Shown here: positions 30,117-40,571 of the stretch, piece after piece
Layout: the number at the start of each line of letters is the position of its first letter
Numbering within the stretch: the first letter of the stretch is position 1
Assembly: GCA_963716175.1 (NCBI GenBank)
Contig: OY970296.1
Location: 4,480,001-4,544,000, forward strand
Source: an uncultured Armatimonadetes bacterium
Lineage (GTDB): Bacteria > Armatimonadota > Hebobacteria > Hebobacterales > Hebobacteraceae
Reading direction: 5' to 3'
DNA: 64,000 nucleotides
The notes under the pieces: generated by a model
Database searches by the model: none
Told to the model about the DNA's origin: nothing
The model's input: the letters and a program-made list of their open reading frames with translations, nothing else
Made by a program: the position numbers and the translations under genes

Positions 30117-32531
30117 ATGCGGAGCTTCGGTTCAGCGGGTTGGGCGAGGCTCCCAGTGGCGCTGCTGATCGGCCTGTACGCAACCCCGGCATCCCCCGCT
30201 GCCACTCAGGGAGCGACCAGCGAGGCCATCATCAGGGTTGACGTCTCTCATCCCCTCCGCAGCATCAGCCCGACCCTGTGGGGGATCTTCTTCGAGGACA
30301 TCAGCCACGCCGCCGACGGTGGTCTCTATGCGGAGCTCGTGCGGAACCGGTCCTTCGAGGACGGCCCGCGACGCGATCACTGGTTTCTGGTGACCAGCCC
30401 GGGCGCCAAGGGGAGCATCTCCATTGACTCCTCTCGCCCCCTCAATAGTGCGAACCGAAGGGGCTTGCGTCTTCGCATCATCGATCCGAAGAAGGGCCGA
30501 GTCGGTCTCGGGAACAGCGGCTACTGGGGCATCGCTGCGAAGAAGGAGGCGCGCTACCTGCTGTCTCTCTACGCGCGGGGCGGAGACGGGTTCAGAGGCC
30601 CGCTGGTGGTGACCTTGGAGGGCGCGGGCGGCACTGTCTACGCGCGGGCTCAGCTCGCCGGGATCGCCAAGGAGTGGCGACGCTTCACCTGCCGCCTCAC
30701 CCCGGACCAGTCAGATCCATCGGCCCGGCTCGTGATCGCGGCCTCTTCTCCAGGCACGGTCTGGCTGGACCTGGTGTCGCTCTTCCCCGAGGATACCTTC
30801 CTGCGCCGTCTCAATGGCCTTCGTGCCGACCTGGCTCAGATGCTGGCCGATCTCAAGCCCTCTGCCGTGCGCTTCCCGGGAGGCTGCTACGTGGAGGGCG
30901 ACTCCCCCCCCAACGCCTATCGCTGGAAGCGCACGGTCGGCGATGTCGCCGCGCGAGAGGAGCACTGGAACCTCTGGGGGTACCGCACCACCAATGGGCT
31001 CGGCTACCACGAGTACCTCCAGTTGTGCGAGGACCTGGGGGCCGAGCCGGTTCCGGTCATCAACTGTGGCATGACTCACGGCGGCTTCGTTCCCCTAGCA
31101 CAGATGGGCGCGTGGGTGCAAGACGCGCTGGATGCCATCGAGTACGCGAACGGCCCGGTTACCAGTCGCTGGGGAGGGCTGCGCGCCCAGCACGGCCATC
31201 CGGCCCCATTCAACCTCAAGTACATCGAGATCGGCAACGAGAACTACGGGCCCGAGTACGACCGGCGGTACCCTCTCTTCCACGAGGCGATCCGAGCGCG
31301 CTATCCGAACATCAAGATCATCGCAAGTCAGCCCGTTGCCGGTTACCGGGCTGATCTTCTCGCTACCCACCTGTATATGGGTCCTGACTGGTTCTACACG
31401 CGGGCGCATGTGTATGACAGTCGAGATCGCGCCGAGCCCGCGCTGTCGCTGAACGAGTACGCCTGCACCCACAGTTGCGGCCGCGGCAACCTGCGCGCGG
31501 CCCTCGCCGAGGCCGCCTTCATGACAGGCCTCGAACGAAACTCAGATGTGGTGCAGATGGCTGCCTATGCCCCCCTCTTCGCCAACGCTAACCGGCCCTG
31601 CTGGAACCCCAACCTCATTTGGTTCGATAGCGCCCGTGCCTACGGCACCCCCTCCTACTACGCCCAGCAGCTCTTCAGTCGGAACCGGGGGGATGTCGCC
31701 CTACCCGTCTCAATGGCCCTTAGATACGATGCGCAGCCGCCCCGGGGCCGGATCGGCGTCGGCACCTGGAAGACGCAGGCCGAGTTCGCGGACGTGCGCG
31801 TCACCCACGACGGCCGCACGCTCTCGGCAGCCGACTTCGCGGCCTGGCGTGGAGTACACGGCACCTGGACGACAGAGGAGGGTGTATACCGCCAGACGAG
31901 CTTCGACGAGTCCTGCTTTGCGGTTGCGGGTGACCCTACGTGGTCGGACTACACGCTGACGCTCCGTGCTCGCAAGCTGGCCGGTGCGGAGGGCTTCCTT
32001 GTGATGTTCCGCGTGCGCGACGACGCAGACTGGTCCTGGTGGGTGGTTGGCGGCTGGGGCAACACTCAGCACGCGGTGCAGAAGTGCGTCGGCAATGACA
32101 AGGAGTTGGTAGGGAGTCCGGTGCCAGGTTCGGTGGAGACCGGCCGCTGGTATCGCCTGCGGGTGGAGGTCGAAGGCTGGCGTACCCGCTGCTACCTGGA
32201 CGACCGGCTCGTGCTCGATGTCACTGACACCGGGTTCGCGCCCGTCGCGGCGGGGGCCGTCGGGGAGGCGGCCACGGGAGAGGTCATCCTCAAGATAGTC
32301 AACGGCGCGAACGACCCCCTGCAGGCCGCGGTCACTCTCGAAGGGGTTAGCTCGGTTGCCCCTCGAGGGACGGCTGTGGTGCTGACGAGCAGCAGCCCGG
32401 AGGAGGAGAACTCATTTGAGCACCCCACACGGGTGTCGCCGGTGACGCAGGTGGCCGAGGGACTCGGGAGGTCGTTCAACTGGCTGTTTCCCGCGAACTC
32501 GCTGACGGTCCTGCGCGTGAAGGCAGAGTAG
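30117..32531 (+). CDS. Secreted GH51 alpha-L-arabinofuranosidase with inserted lectin-like domain
   Basis: Signal peptide; FFEDISHAADGGLYAEL, RFPGGC, EIGNEN, NEYA, ERNSDVV.MAAYAPL. Confidence 0.92.
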   Translation: MRSFGSAGWARLPVALLIGLYATPASPAATQGATSEAIIRVDVSHPLRSISPTLWGIFFEDISHAADGGLYAELVRNRSFEDGPRRDHWFLVTSPGAKGSISIDSSRPLNSANRRGLRLRIIDPKKGRVGLGNSGYWGIAAKKEARYLLSLYARGGDGFRGPLVVTLEGAGGTVYARAQLAGIAKEWRRFTCRLTPDQSDPSARLVIAASSPGTVWLDLVSLFPEDTFLRRLNGLRADLAQMLADLKPSAVRFPGGCYVEGDSPPNAYRWKRTVGDVAAREEHWNLWGYRTTNGLGYHEYLQLCEDLGAEPVPVINCGMTHGGFVPLAQMGAWVQDALDAIEYANGPVTSRWGGLRAQHGHPAPFNLKYIEIGNENYGPEYDRRYPLFHEAIRARYPNIKIIASQPVAGYRADLLATHLYMGPDWFYTRAHVYDSRDRAEPALSLNEYACTHSCGRGNLRAALAEAAFMTGLERNSDVVQMAAYAPLFANANRPCWNPNLIWFDSARAYGTPSYYAQQLFSRNRGDVALPVSMALRYDAQPPRGRIGVGTWKTQAEFADVRVTHDGRTLSAADFAAWRGVHGTWTTEEGVYRQTSFDESCFAVAGDPTWSDYTLTLRARKLAGAEGFLVMFRVRDDADWSWWVVGGWGNTQHAVQKCVGNDKELVGSPVPGSVETGRWYRLRVEVEGWRTRCYLDDRLVLDVTDTGFAPVAAGAVGEAATGEVILKIVNGANDPLQAAVTLEGVSSVAPRGTAVVLTSSSPEEENSFEHPTRVSPVTQVAEGLGRSFNWLFPANSLTVLRVKAE

Positions 32532-32570
32532 GATGTGGCGCGGGTCGACAGCCACCACAAGGAGGGTCCA

Positions 32571-34808
32571 GTGAGATTCCGACCCTGGCCTGTAGCGGCG
32601 CTGCTTTTCCTGCTGGTGTGGACAGCACCTCCGCACAGTTGGGCAGGCGGTACCCCGGCCGAGGCCGACGCATTCGCCGCGCTCACTGCCGGAGTCACAC
32701 GGGTGGGCGGGTACAGATGCTGGCCCGACGCCATCATGATTTCATCGCCGGAGTGCGTCCCAGTCCTGGTCGGCAGCGATGTCGCCTACACCGGTGACAA
32801 CGTGTACTGTCGGGGCTCATTCCCTCCGGTGGCCGTGGCACGGGTGTTCGGGGCGGGCCGGGTCATCGCCTACAGTGAACAGGGGTACCTGAAGGAGGAC
32901 GACAACGATGGGAACGGCGTGCCCCTGGTGAAGGAGTACGACAATCTCAGGTCCGCGCTCAACGCGGTCGCGTGGCTGAGCGGCGGGGGGCACAGGAAGA
33001 CGGTTGCCCTGATGGGAAGCCACGGCTGCGAGGTCACCGCCCAGGGTGGCTACGGGATCTTCGTGGACGCGGTGCGGAAAGCCGGCTTCTCGGTGATGGC
33101 CCTGGAGGCCAGGCCAACGCCGACTGAACTCGCCCGCTACGACTGCGTCGTGGTCGGTGTCCCGCGGCTGGCATTCCAGCCGGCCGACGTGGCGGCCTTC
33201 GAAGACTACGTGCGCAAGGGTGGCGGGCTCCTGCTGCTCGGCAAGGCGTCGCGCCCTCGCGCCAAGGCGCTTGCTGACCATCCCTTGAACCAGCTCGCCA
33301 TGCGGTTTGGGATGAAGTTCACGGAATCCACTGTCACGGACCCGGCCAGTCATTGCGGCCATGATCCCGCGAACCCGCTGTTCGTGGTGGCCCAGTCGGC
33401 CCCCCAGGTCCGTCGCAGCCCGCGGGTCCTTCTCGACTTCAGCTTGCACTCGGTGTACGGGTACCGGGAGAGCCTGTTCGACCGCTACCTCGGGCCGGAC
33501 GGGTGGTTCACGGCGTGGACTTTCGACTACCCCCGCCGCGCCGAACTCGACAAGTACGATGTGCTGATCGTCGCCAGTTCGTCACCATTTGCCATCCCCC
33601 AGCTGGAGATCGATGAGATCCGGGATTTCGTCTCGAACGGCGGGGGGCTGTTCCTGGCCGGCGACGAGTGCGACTACTACGAGAGGGCTTGGGCGAACCA
33701 GGAGGAGGACTACCCCCTCAACGCCCTTGCCGCGGTCTTCGGGTTCGGGTTCACGGGCGCCCGTGCCGACCGCCCCTGCGCGTTCACCTCCGGCGCCCAA
33801 CCGAGCCAGGGCTGGGAAGTCGACGCCCGGATGGAAGGGGACAAGCCAGAGAACATCATCACCGTCCCGGAGAACGCGGAGGTGGTCCTCGAAGATCAAT
33901 CGGGACGCCCGGTGCTGGCGACCGCGCAGTACGGGCGGGGGCGCGTGGCCGTCCTCGGCGCACGCACCTGCATATCGAGTCCGGTCGACACGCACCTGAT
34001 CAACCAGGAACTGGTAAGGCGCCTATTCGCGTGGCTGGCAGAGGGTACACGCGCGGCGCCTTCCTTCGCACCTGAGCGGCGAGAGACCCTCGCTCCTGCG
34101 CGGCTCGGATCGGGTGTCATCAGAGTGCATGGCCTGCCGCCCATGGACTCGGTCCTGGAGAAGGCCTACCGGCGGGCGCGCGAGGTGATGGACCTGATCA
34201 CTGAGATCTTCGGATACCAACCGGCTGGGACCTGGCACTTGGTCCCGTTTGCCGATTGCGTCGGGGGAGGGGGTGCGGCCGGATACGAGGACGGGTTCAT
34301 CGTTGGCTTTGGGGCGCTGGCCATGGATCTGCGCGAGGAGACCTCCATGACGGGGGTGATTGCACATGAGATGGCGCATACCTTCATCAACGGCCGGCTG
34401 AGCAACCTCGAGGAGTCGTACGCGTCACTGGCTGCCTATCGTGCAGTATCGCAGATCGGCCTCGCACAGTACTACCCCGAACCCGACCCGGAGATCCCGG
34501 GGAGGCTGGAGGCCTGGACGCGTCGCGCCTTCGAGCAGTACGACCCGAACGGGGACCGACTAGACATGGCGCTCCCGTCCACGCCGGAGAACTCCAACGC
34601 CATGTTCGGCAAGGGCATGTGGGTGATCGAGGAGCTGGAGAAGCAGTATGGAGGCGACTTCATGCGGCGCTATTTCCAGTTCCTGGAGAGCGAGCATGTG
34701 AAGGGAGGGCTGAGCATGCAACAGGTGGTGGCGTATATGAGCAGGGTGGCGGGAGAGGATCAGACCGAGTGGTTCAAGAGCTTCGGGACGTGGGGAGGCG
34801 GGAGATAG
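32571..34808 (+). CDS. Secreted protein: two GATase-like (DUF4350-like) domains plus C-terminal HExxH metallopeptidase
   Basis: AAGGAGG RBS; repeated V..GGGL.L and G.GRV motifs; IAHEMAH with downstream E. Confidence 0.75.
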   Translation: MRFRPWPVAALLFLLVWTAPPHSWAGGTPAEADAFAALTAGVTRVGGYRCWPDAIMISSPECVPVLVGSDVAYTGDNVYCRGSFPPVAVARVFGAGRVIAYSEQGYLKEDDNDGNGVPLVKEYDNLRSALNAVAWLSGGGHRKTVALMGSHGCEVTAQGGYGIFVDAVRKAGFSVMALEARPTPTELARYDCVVVGVPRLAFQPADVAAFEDYVRKGGGLLLLGKASRPRAKALADHPLNQLAMRFGMKFTESTVTDPASHCGHDPANPLFVVAQSAPQVRRSPRVLLDFSLHSVYGYRESLFDRYLGPDGWFTAWTFDYPRRAELDKYDVLIVASSSPFAIPQLEIDEIRDFVSNGGGLFLAGDECDYYERAWANQEEDYPLNALAAVFGFGFTGARADRPCAFTSGAQPSQGWEVDARMEGDKPENIITVPENAEVVLEDQSGRPVLATAQYGRGRVAVLGARTCISSPVDTHLINQELVRRLFAWLAEGTRAAPSFAPERRETLAPARLGSGVIRVHGLPPMDSVLEKAYRRAREVMDLITEIFGYQPAGTWHLVPFADCVGGGGAAGYEDGFIVGFGALAMDLREETSMTGVIAHEMAHTFINGRLSNLEESYASLAAYRAVSQIGLAQYYPEPDPEIPGRLEAWTRRAFEQYDPNGDRLDMALPSTPENSNAMFGKGMWVIEELEKQYGGDFMRRYFQFLESEHVKGGLSMQQVVAYMSRVAGEDQTEWFKSFGTWGGGR

Positions 34809-35062
34809 GGCCGAAGGGGCCTCATCGGCCGCCTCCTCGGTTCAGCCCCGCCCCCGGGCCCAGTGGATGCGATCCCCTACCTCCCTGTGCGGGCGGGCCG
34901 CGCACCTCATGAGCGTTCTTGCAGCCGCAGCTTGCTAGGGAGACCGACTGAGCCTCTGAACTCCGGACCCCGTCCACGTTCCCGCAGCCTCGATGGCAGG
35001 TCAGTCTTCTCCACTAACTTCCCAAATATCGTCGACGTCTACATGCAGACGCGGTTTCGACA

Positions 35063-37084
35063 TCACTGCTGAACGCCCGAGGAAGACGAACACAGATCGG
35101 CAATGAGCGCCATGGCCTTCGCGTTCCGTGTCTCCGACCCATGGAACCCGCTCAGGCCGAACATCCACCATAGATTGCGGCCTGCAAGCGCCGAGTAGAG
35201 TGCTGCGTAGGCCTCATCTTGAGAGTATCCCTGAGGCTCAAGGATTGCCCAAGCCTGATCCCAGGTTCGGAAGAACCTCTTCGTGATCTCCTTGCCGAAT
35301 CGCGTCGGCAGATAGGTTTCGACGAAGAAGAAGAGGTTGTCGTTCTTCCCCCGGGGAGGGTTGTGGGGGTTCTCGAGATTGTCAAAGAAGCGCTGCCCCT
35401 CTTCTTGGCGATGAGGGCGGGCGAACTCCTCTCCGTGTATGGCCTCAATCGCTAGCTGGGCGAGCATCGAGGCCACCACTTCGTTCTTCGGTCCCTCCAG
35501 ATGGAACAACTGCCACTCCATGCGGTGACCCACTTCGTGCAAAGCTGCGCTTTCCCAAGTGAGAGAGGCAGGATCCCGTTGATGCCACCAGACGAAGCCA
35601 TGAGTGAAGACCGCCTGCCCCCACCAGGCCGCCCACAGGCCAACAGGATGAATCCGGAAGCTCCTTTCTGGGTTGTCCGGGGGCTCCGTGCCTATGTAGC
35701 CGCTCATTATAGAGTAAGCGCGCTCCAGACGCGCGGCCAGCGCGGATGTCTTCGCGTGGAACCCTGTGGGGGCGTAGATGTCAAAGTGCTCTGTGCGAAC
35801 CGTATCGAAGGTGTACTCATATTCAGGGTCATAGAGGGCACCTTGGCGGAAGACGAACCCGCCATAGGGCCCCAAGTCCCATTCAAGAGCAAATGTCGAA
35901 GACTGGGGGAAGGATTGCTTGATGTCGAACCCAAGGTGGTCCGCGACCACCTCCAGGGCCGAATCGTGCAGCACACGGCCTCCGCCGGTCTCGTAGATTC
36001 GGATCGGTATCTTGGGACGGCCGGACGAGCGGGTGTAGAACTGAAGCATGTTCCCGTAGGCGTCCACAGTGGGGCCTAGCCAGAACTGAGTGCGGGAGTC
36101 AGCACTGTAGTTGTAGACTCTCACTCCGGGAGTCAGCGGGCCCCCCGCGGCAAGGGTCACTGGCGCCGGAGTTGACAGGTCAACTCCTCGCAAGTGGAAG
36201 ACGTAGGTCCACAGCTCAGGGGTCTCGAACTTGACGTAGAACACGTAGTTGATGAAGTCCGGCGTCAGGTACGCATCGGCCTCGCCGCTGAGTGTGAAGG
36301 AAGTGTGGCCCCAGTGGCGTTCGATGTCTTGGTAGGGGAAGCACAGTTTCCACTCTATCGCACCGGTTGACCCCTTCGGCGGTGCGCTGATGAAGTGAAT
36401 GCGGCGCAGTGGTATGCTCGCGGCATCTGTTTCGCAGTCCTGTCCGGTGCTGACGTTGCTGAGGAAGACGAAGTACCCCTCTCTGTCGCTGGTAGGACGC
36501 CGTACCAGAAAGAGTGCGAGCTCCTCATCCAGATTAGTGTGGATGCTGCAGACGCCCTCAGTGGTCCGGCCGATGTCGGGCATCAGGCAATTCGGCACCA
36601 TTGCTGATGGTGCGGCGTATATCTCATCCAGATCGCTCGGCGAACCCGCGCGGTCACGGAAAGTGAGTGCGAAGCCCCGGTCTGGCTGCATCTCACACGC
36701 GGTGTCGGACTGCACAGTCACGTCGGCCAGCAGAAACAACGCCTGCCCGCTATTGCTAGTGCTGTAGCTTGCTCCCCCTCCGGCCACGATGCGCCAACGG
36801 CCGCGCTGCAGATGAAGGCGGCACGCGCCATCAGTGCCTGTCTGCGAGAACCCATCGCGGGGATATGCGATAGGCCAGTCCTGCGAGTAGGCCTTGACGG
36901 AGGCGCCGGGTACGGCGTTCCCTGTTGCATCCAGCACCTGCACCCCCAAGGTGGAGAACCGAAACCCCTCAAGTGCGGCGCAAGCAGGGGACTGCGTTCG
37001 AATCGCAGCAGCAAGCACGAGGAGCAGTATAGACAGCTGTCTTGCCGCGCGGCGCCACCAAGGTCGTGGCCACATCCCGAGCAT
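35063..37084 (-). CDS. Secreted protein: N-terminal beta-sandwich plus C-terminal HExxH metallopeptidase
   Basis: Signal peptide; V.DATG..VPGASV; LHEVGH..NE; C-terminal SALAGRNL..MF..G. Confidence 0.72.
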   Translation of the reverse strand: MLGMWPRPWWRRAARQLSILLLVLAAAIRTQSPACAALEGFRFSTLGVQVLDATGNAVPGASVKAYSQDWPIAYPRDGFSQTGTDGACRLHLQRGRWRIVAGGGASYSTSNSGQALFLLADVTVQSDTACEMQPDRGFALTFRDRAGSPSDLDEIYAAPSAMVPNCLMPDIGRTTEGVCSIHTNLDEELALFLVRRPTSDREGYFVFLSNVSTGQDCETDAASIPLRRIHFISAPPKGSTGAIEWKLCFPYQDIERHWGHTSFTLSGEADAYLTPDFINYVFYVKFETPELWTYVFHLRGVDLSTPAPVTLAAGGPLTPGVRVYNYSADSRTQFWLGPTVDAYGNMLQFYTRSSGRPKIPIRIYETGGGRVLHDSALEVVADHLGFDIKQSFPQSSTFALEWDLGPYGGFVFRQGALYDPEYEYTFDTVRTEHFDIYAPTGFHAKTSALAARLERAYSIMSGYIGTEPPDNPERSFRIHPVGLWAAWWGQAVFTHGFVWWHQRDPASLTWESAALHEVGHRMEWQLFHLEGPKNEVVASMLAQLAIEAIHGEEFARPHRQEEGQRFFDNLENPHNPPRGKNDNLFFFVETYLPTRFGKEITKRFFRTWDQAWAILEPQGYSQDEAYAALYSALAGRNLWWMFGLSGFHGSETRNAKAMALIADLCSSSSGVQQ

Positions 37085-37184
37085 TCCCCCTTGCTCCCTC
37101 CGCAGTCTGAGGTGCATCGCGACCAGAGCCAGGATGAGCAATCCTTCGCCCCAGCAACTGGTGGCCCCTGTTTCCAGGTCACTG

Positions 37185-37553
37185 TGCGGGTGTTAGATGG
37201 GCTTGGGACACTAGTCTGGCGGCCGAGATGGCGTGCCGCGCCGGACGGACGATGGCGATACGGCGGGGGCGGCACTAGTGATGGGACAGCAGCGCGGGAC
37301 AGCGGGATCGAGGGTTGCGGCAGGCGCGGTGAAACGCGCCGAGCTGCGAGGTGGCACTGGCCGCGGTCGGCGGGGCAGTCGGGCCGCGAGCCGGTATGCG
37401 CTGATCCTGGTGTCGGCGAAGACGCGGCGGTCGAAGCGGCTCGGAACGGCGCCCGCAGGCACCGCCCAAAGGTCTACTGTGGTAGAATGGCCAGGACTCG
37501 CAGCCAGGCCTACAGGGCTGTCCGAGGTGTCCCATTGCCATTTGGCACCCGCA
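37185..37553. mobile_element. Internally deleted rve element (369 bp) retaining a putative transposase C-terminus
   Basis: Inverted ends TGCGGGTGTTAGATGGGCTTGGGAC and TGCGGGTGCCAAATGGCAATGGGAC; minus strand reads RRVFADTRISAYRLAA, like the R..AA tails of the other transposases. Confidence 0.65.
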
Positions 37554-37611
37554 GGGTGCGCGGTAGAGTCGCCCAGAATCTCCACGAGAACGTACGAAGG
37601 GAATACCGAAG

Positions 37612-38675
37612 ATGAGTGCGAGGAGAATGGGGGTGGTGCTTGCGATTGGCCTAGGTATCGCAAGCCAATCCCCGGCCGCAATAACACCCAGCACCGCGGT
37701 GTCGGGATGCCTGAAGCCCGTGCTCGCTGGCGTAGACCAGGTGGCACCGGGGGTGCTGCAGTTCTGGATGGAACTGGCTGCGCCCCCCGTAATGGACCCC
37801 GATCCCGATCATTGGACCACCTACATCTGGTTCGTGGACACCGACTGCAATCCGCGGACGGGCCAACCTCATGCTACTGTCGGCAGCGAGTACAATATTC
37901 GCGCCGTCATCCGCAACCACGCGGCTCACGGAGGCGGGTTCATAGACGGCATTGACCGGCCGGGGGGCGTGGCTCCCATGCTCGTGGACGGAACCCGCGT
38001 CATCGTCCGGGTCACTCTCGACCAGATCGGTAACCCGACGCGATTCATCTGGGGTTGCGGAGCCTTGACGTGGAATGGTGCGCACGAGGAATCCCCGCCA
38101 CCCCGCACCTTCAGAACAGGCGGAGCCGCGAATGGGGGTGGTGCGCCTGCCCGAGTGGTGGTTGAGCTTCCGCCCTCACGGACGCGCACAGTTTCTTTAG
38201 CGCCCACTATCCGAGCCCTCGGCGCCACCGGCGCGCCGTTGAGTGTGGAGGGGCGCTCCGTGAAGCTCTTCGCCTATCGTGGTTTGGTCAGAATCGCTTC
38301 CACACAGGTTAACGTCCCGCCAGACCGAGTTGGCCTGGAGAAGGTGACGGCCATGGTAGACGGCGTGCTGAGCTGCAACGTGGCTCGCGTGATGCTCGGG
38401 AGCGTGGAGATCGTGCCAAGCGCAATGCATCTGCAATGGCCTGCCAGAACGGTCGGGAAGGTGTCCTTCAGGGTCATCGGAGCTGACGGGACGGCGATCT
38501 CGATGGAAGATCACCAGCTGGCCTTCACCATCGATGACAACAAGGTGGCGGCGCTCTCCGAGGATGGCACCGTTGAGGCGCGGCCAGCTGGAGCCGGCAG
38601 GACCACCTACATCCGCGGCGAGTTTGACGGCACACCGGCAACCAACCACTGTGATGTTCGCGTGCTGAACTACCC
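37612..38675 (+). pseudogene. Secreted Ig-like domain protein, 3' truncated by an element end
   Basis: Signal peptide; DDNKVAALSEDGTVEA Big_2-like motif; frame runs into the end motif at 38676. Confidence 0.6.
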
Positions 38676-39200
38676 TGTCCATGTCAACCGCCCGTGGAGC
38701 CGGCCTGAGAGCCTTGGGGAGTTGTCTGCCCCTTCGTGCTCCTGTATCATTTGAGGCCAGAGTGCGGCGCCTTGGGCGCCGCTTTCGCGTTGAGGAGTGG
38801 AACCGGCATGGAGGTCTTCCCTGCGTCCGTTCTTCTGATCATCCGCGCCTTGGTCGTCAGCGCCCGCTGGGCTGAGGGGCCGAATGCAGGCTGGGTGGTG
38901 GACGCTCTGGAGGGTGTGTTCCTTCGTCACGGACCGCCCAAGCACATCATCAGTGACCAAGAGGGCGTCTTCGTCAGCGAGGTGTTCAGGGATCTGCTCA
39001 GCCAGTGGGATGTCAGGCAGCGTTTCGGCGCGGTTGGCAGGCATATGTCCATCGCGGTTCCTGCGGCCCAGGTGTGTAGTCCTACCTCGTCAGCGGCTTG
39101 TCCTCTCGACACCGGCGCGGTCGTTGCCGCGCGACCGGAAGCAGTCGCGATCATGCGGCTAGAGCGAGCCGCGCGTTGTCAGGCGGGCCAGGTTACACCG
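38676..39200 (+). mobile_element. Degraded rve transposase remnant with left end
   Basis: End motif at 38676; HIISDQEGVF and RFGAVGRHMSIAV integrase-core fragment; later IMRLERAA. Confidence 0.65.
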
Positions 39201-39320
39201 CTCATGGCCCGGTGCGCTCTATCGATGAGCATACCGGGGTGATCAGCGCAGAACATGAGCTGCGCCCACGCAACTTGCCTGTTTGGGGACGCTCATCGCC
39301 CTCCGTCGGGGGGAACGCGG

Positions 39321-40520
39321 TCACTGCTCGCGCCCGACGGCCGAGGCATCCGCATGTTGCTGGACATGCGGCGATGCCGACGCACAGCCCATCGCCCCCG
39401 ATTCTGACTGGCGATGCCCCGGGAGGCTGATGCCCTTCATGATGTCCGCTCTCGCGAAGGCCCACCTTCGCTCGGCGTCAGCGAACTGGGAATAGCGAGC
39501 TGTCATGATCGGGCTTCGGTGACCCATCGCACGCATCAGCGCGGTCGTGGGAACCCCAGCCATTGTCGAGGCCAGCCCGAAGTAGTGGCGCAGTCTGTGA
39601 GGCATGACCAGCTTGGGGTCTACTCCTGCGCCTGCAGCCAGTCGACCGAGCATCAGGCGGACTGCCTGCGCCTTCATCCGCCTGCCCGGATGGCGGGGAC
39701 CCCGAGAGGTGCTCTCCGTGTCCCGGATCGTGTCCAGTGACAGTTGCGGTCCCAGTGTGACGAACAGCGCGTCGTTCCCGCCCAGGCTTGGGCAGACGTG
39801 CGATCTGACCTTCAGCCACCGGGCCATCAGCCCGGTCACCTCGGGCTTGACTACTTCCCTTCCCTCTGAAATGGTAAGGGGCAGGTCGACGAACCGGGTG
39901 CGCCTGCCTTTGCTGGTCTCTGCTCTCACTCGCACCCGGCCGCCGTTCAGATCGAGATCGCTGGCGTCCAGGCCCGCCAGCTCGGATACCCGCAATCCGC
40001 AGAACGCCATCAGGTGGATCATCGCCAGGTTGCGGATACCGAGGGGCGTGCTGAGGCTCAAGGAAAGAAGAACCTTCTGCAGATCCGCAGCAGGGGTGGC
40101 CCTGGGTTCCAGGCCACTGTCCACCCGATACGACCCGACGCGCCCGGTTACATCCTCCGTGACCAGCCGCTCCTGATGCAGCCACTGGAGGAACCGCTTC
40201 GCTGTGTCCAGCGCCATTTGCTTGCCTCGCGGCGTGAGCGGCCTGCCCGTATAGGTTATGAAGCCGTCTAACCAGGGCACGAACGCGCGCAGGTCGCCTA
40301 TGCCGAAGCCACGGACGCTGGCGATCCCTCGTGCTCTGGCGAACCGTGCGACGCGCCACACCAGCTGATCGCGGTAGTGGCGCACCGTCTGCGCCCGTAT
40401 CCCCGGGTGGTCCGCGGCCCAGCCCTCCACGAACAACTCGATCGCCGCCTCCCAGTCTAGGCCCTCCGGTGTGCCAGATGGAGTGGTGGCGTCCAAGCCG
40501 GGCAGCGTCTGTTGGATCAT
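39321..40520 (-). CDS. Tyrosine recombinase/integrase, apparently intact
   Basis: GLRVSE, SKG, PHRLRH, MGH..MTARY catalytic residues; N-terminal SAM-like region. Confidence 0.9.
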   Translation of the reverse strand: MIQQTLPGLDATTPSGTPEGLDWEAAIELFVEGWAADHPGIRAQTVRHYRDQLVWRVARFARARGIASVRGFGIGDLRAFVPWLDGFITYTGRPLTPRGKQMALDTAKRFLQWLHQERLVTEDVTGRVGSYRVDSGLEPRATPAADLQKVLLSLSLSTPLGIRNLAMIHLMAFCGLRVSELAGLDASDLDLNGGRVRVRAETSKGRRTRFVDLPLTISEGREVVKPEVTGLMARWLKVRSHVCPSLGGNDALFVTLGPQLSLDTIRDTESTSRGPRHPGRRMKAQAVRLMLGRLAAGAGVDPKLVMPHRLRHYFGLASTMAGVPTTALMRAMGHRSPIMTARYSQFADAERRWAFARADIMKGISLPGHRQSESGAMGCASASPHVQQHADASAVGREQ

Positions 40521-40571
40521 GACCCCGGACCTCCGTGAGTCCCGCGCGGGGGATCCGGCAGGCGCAACGGC

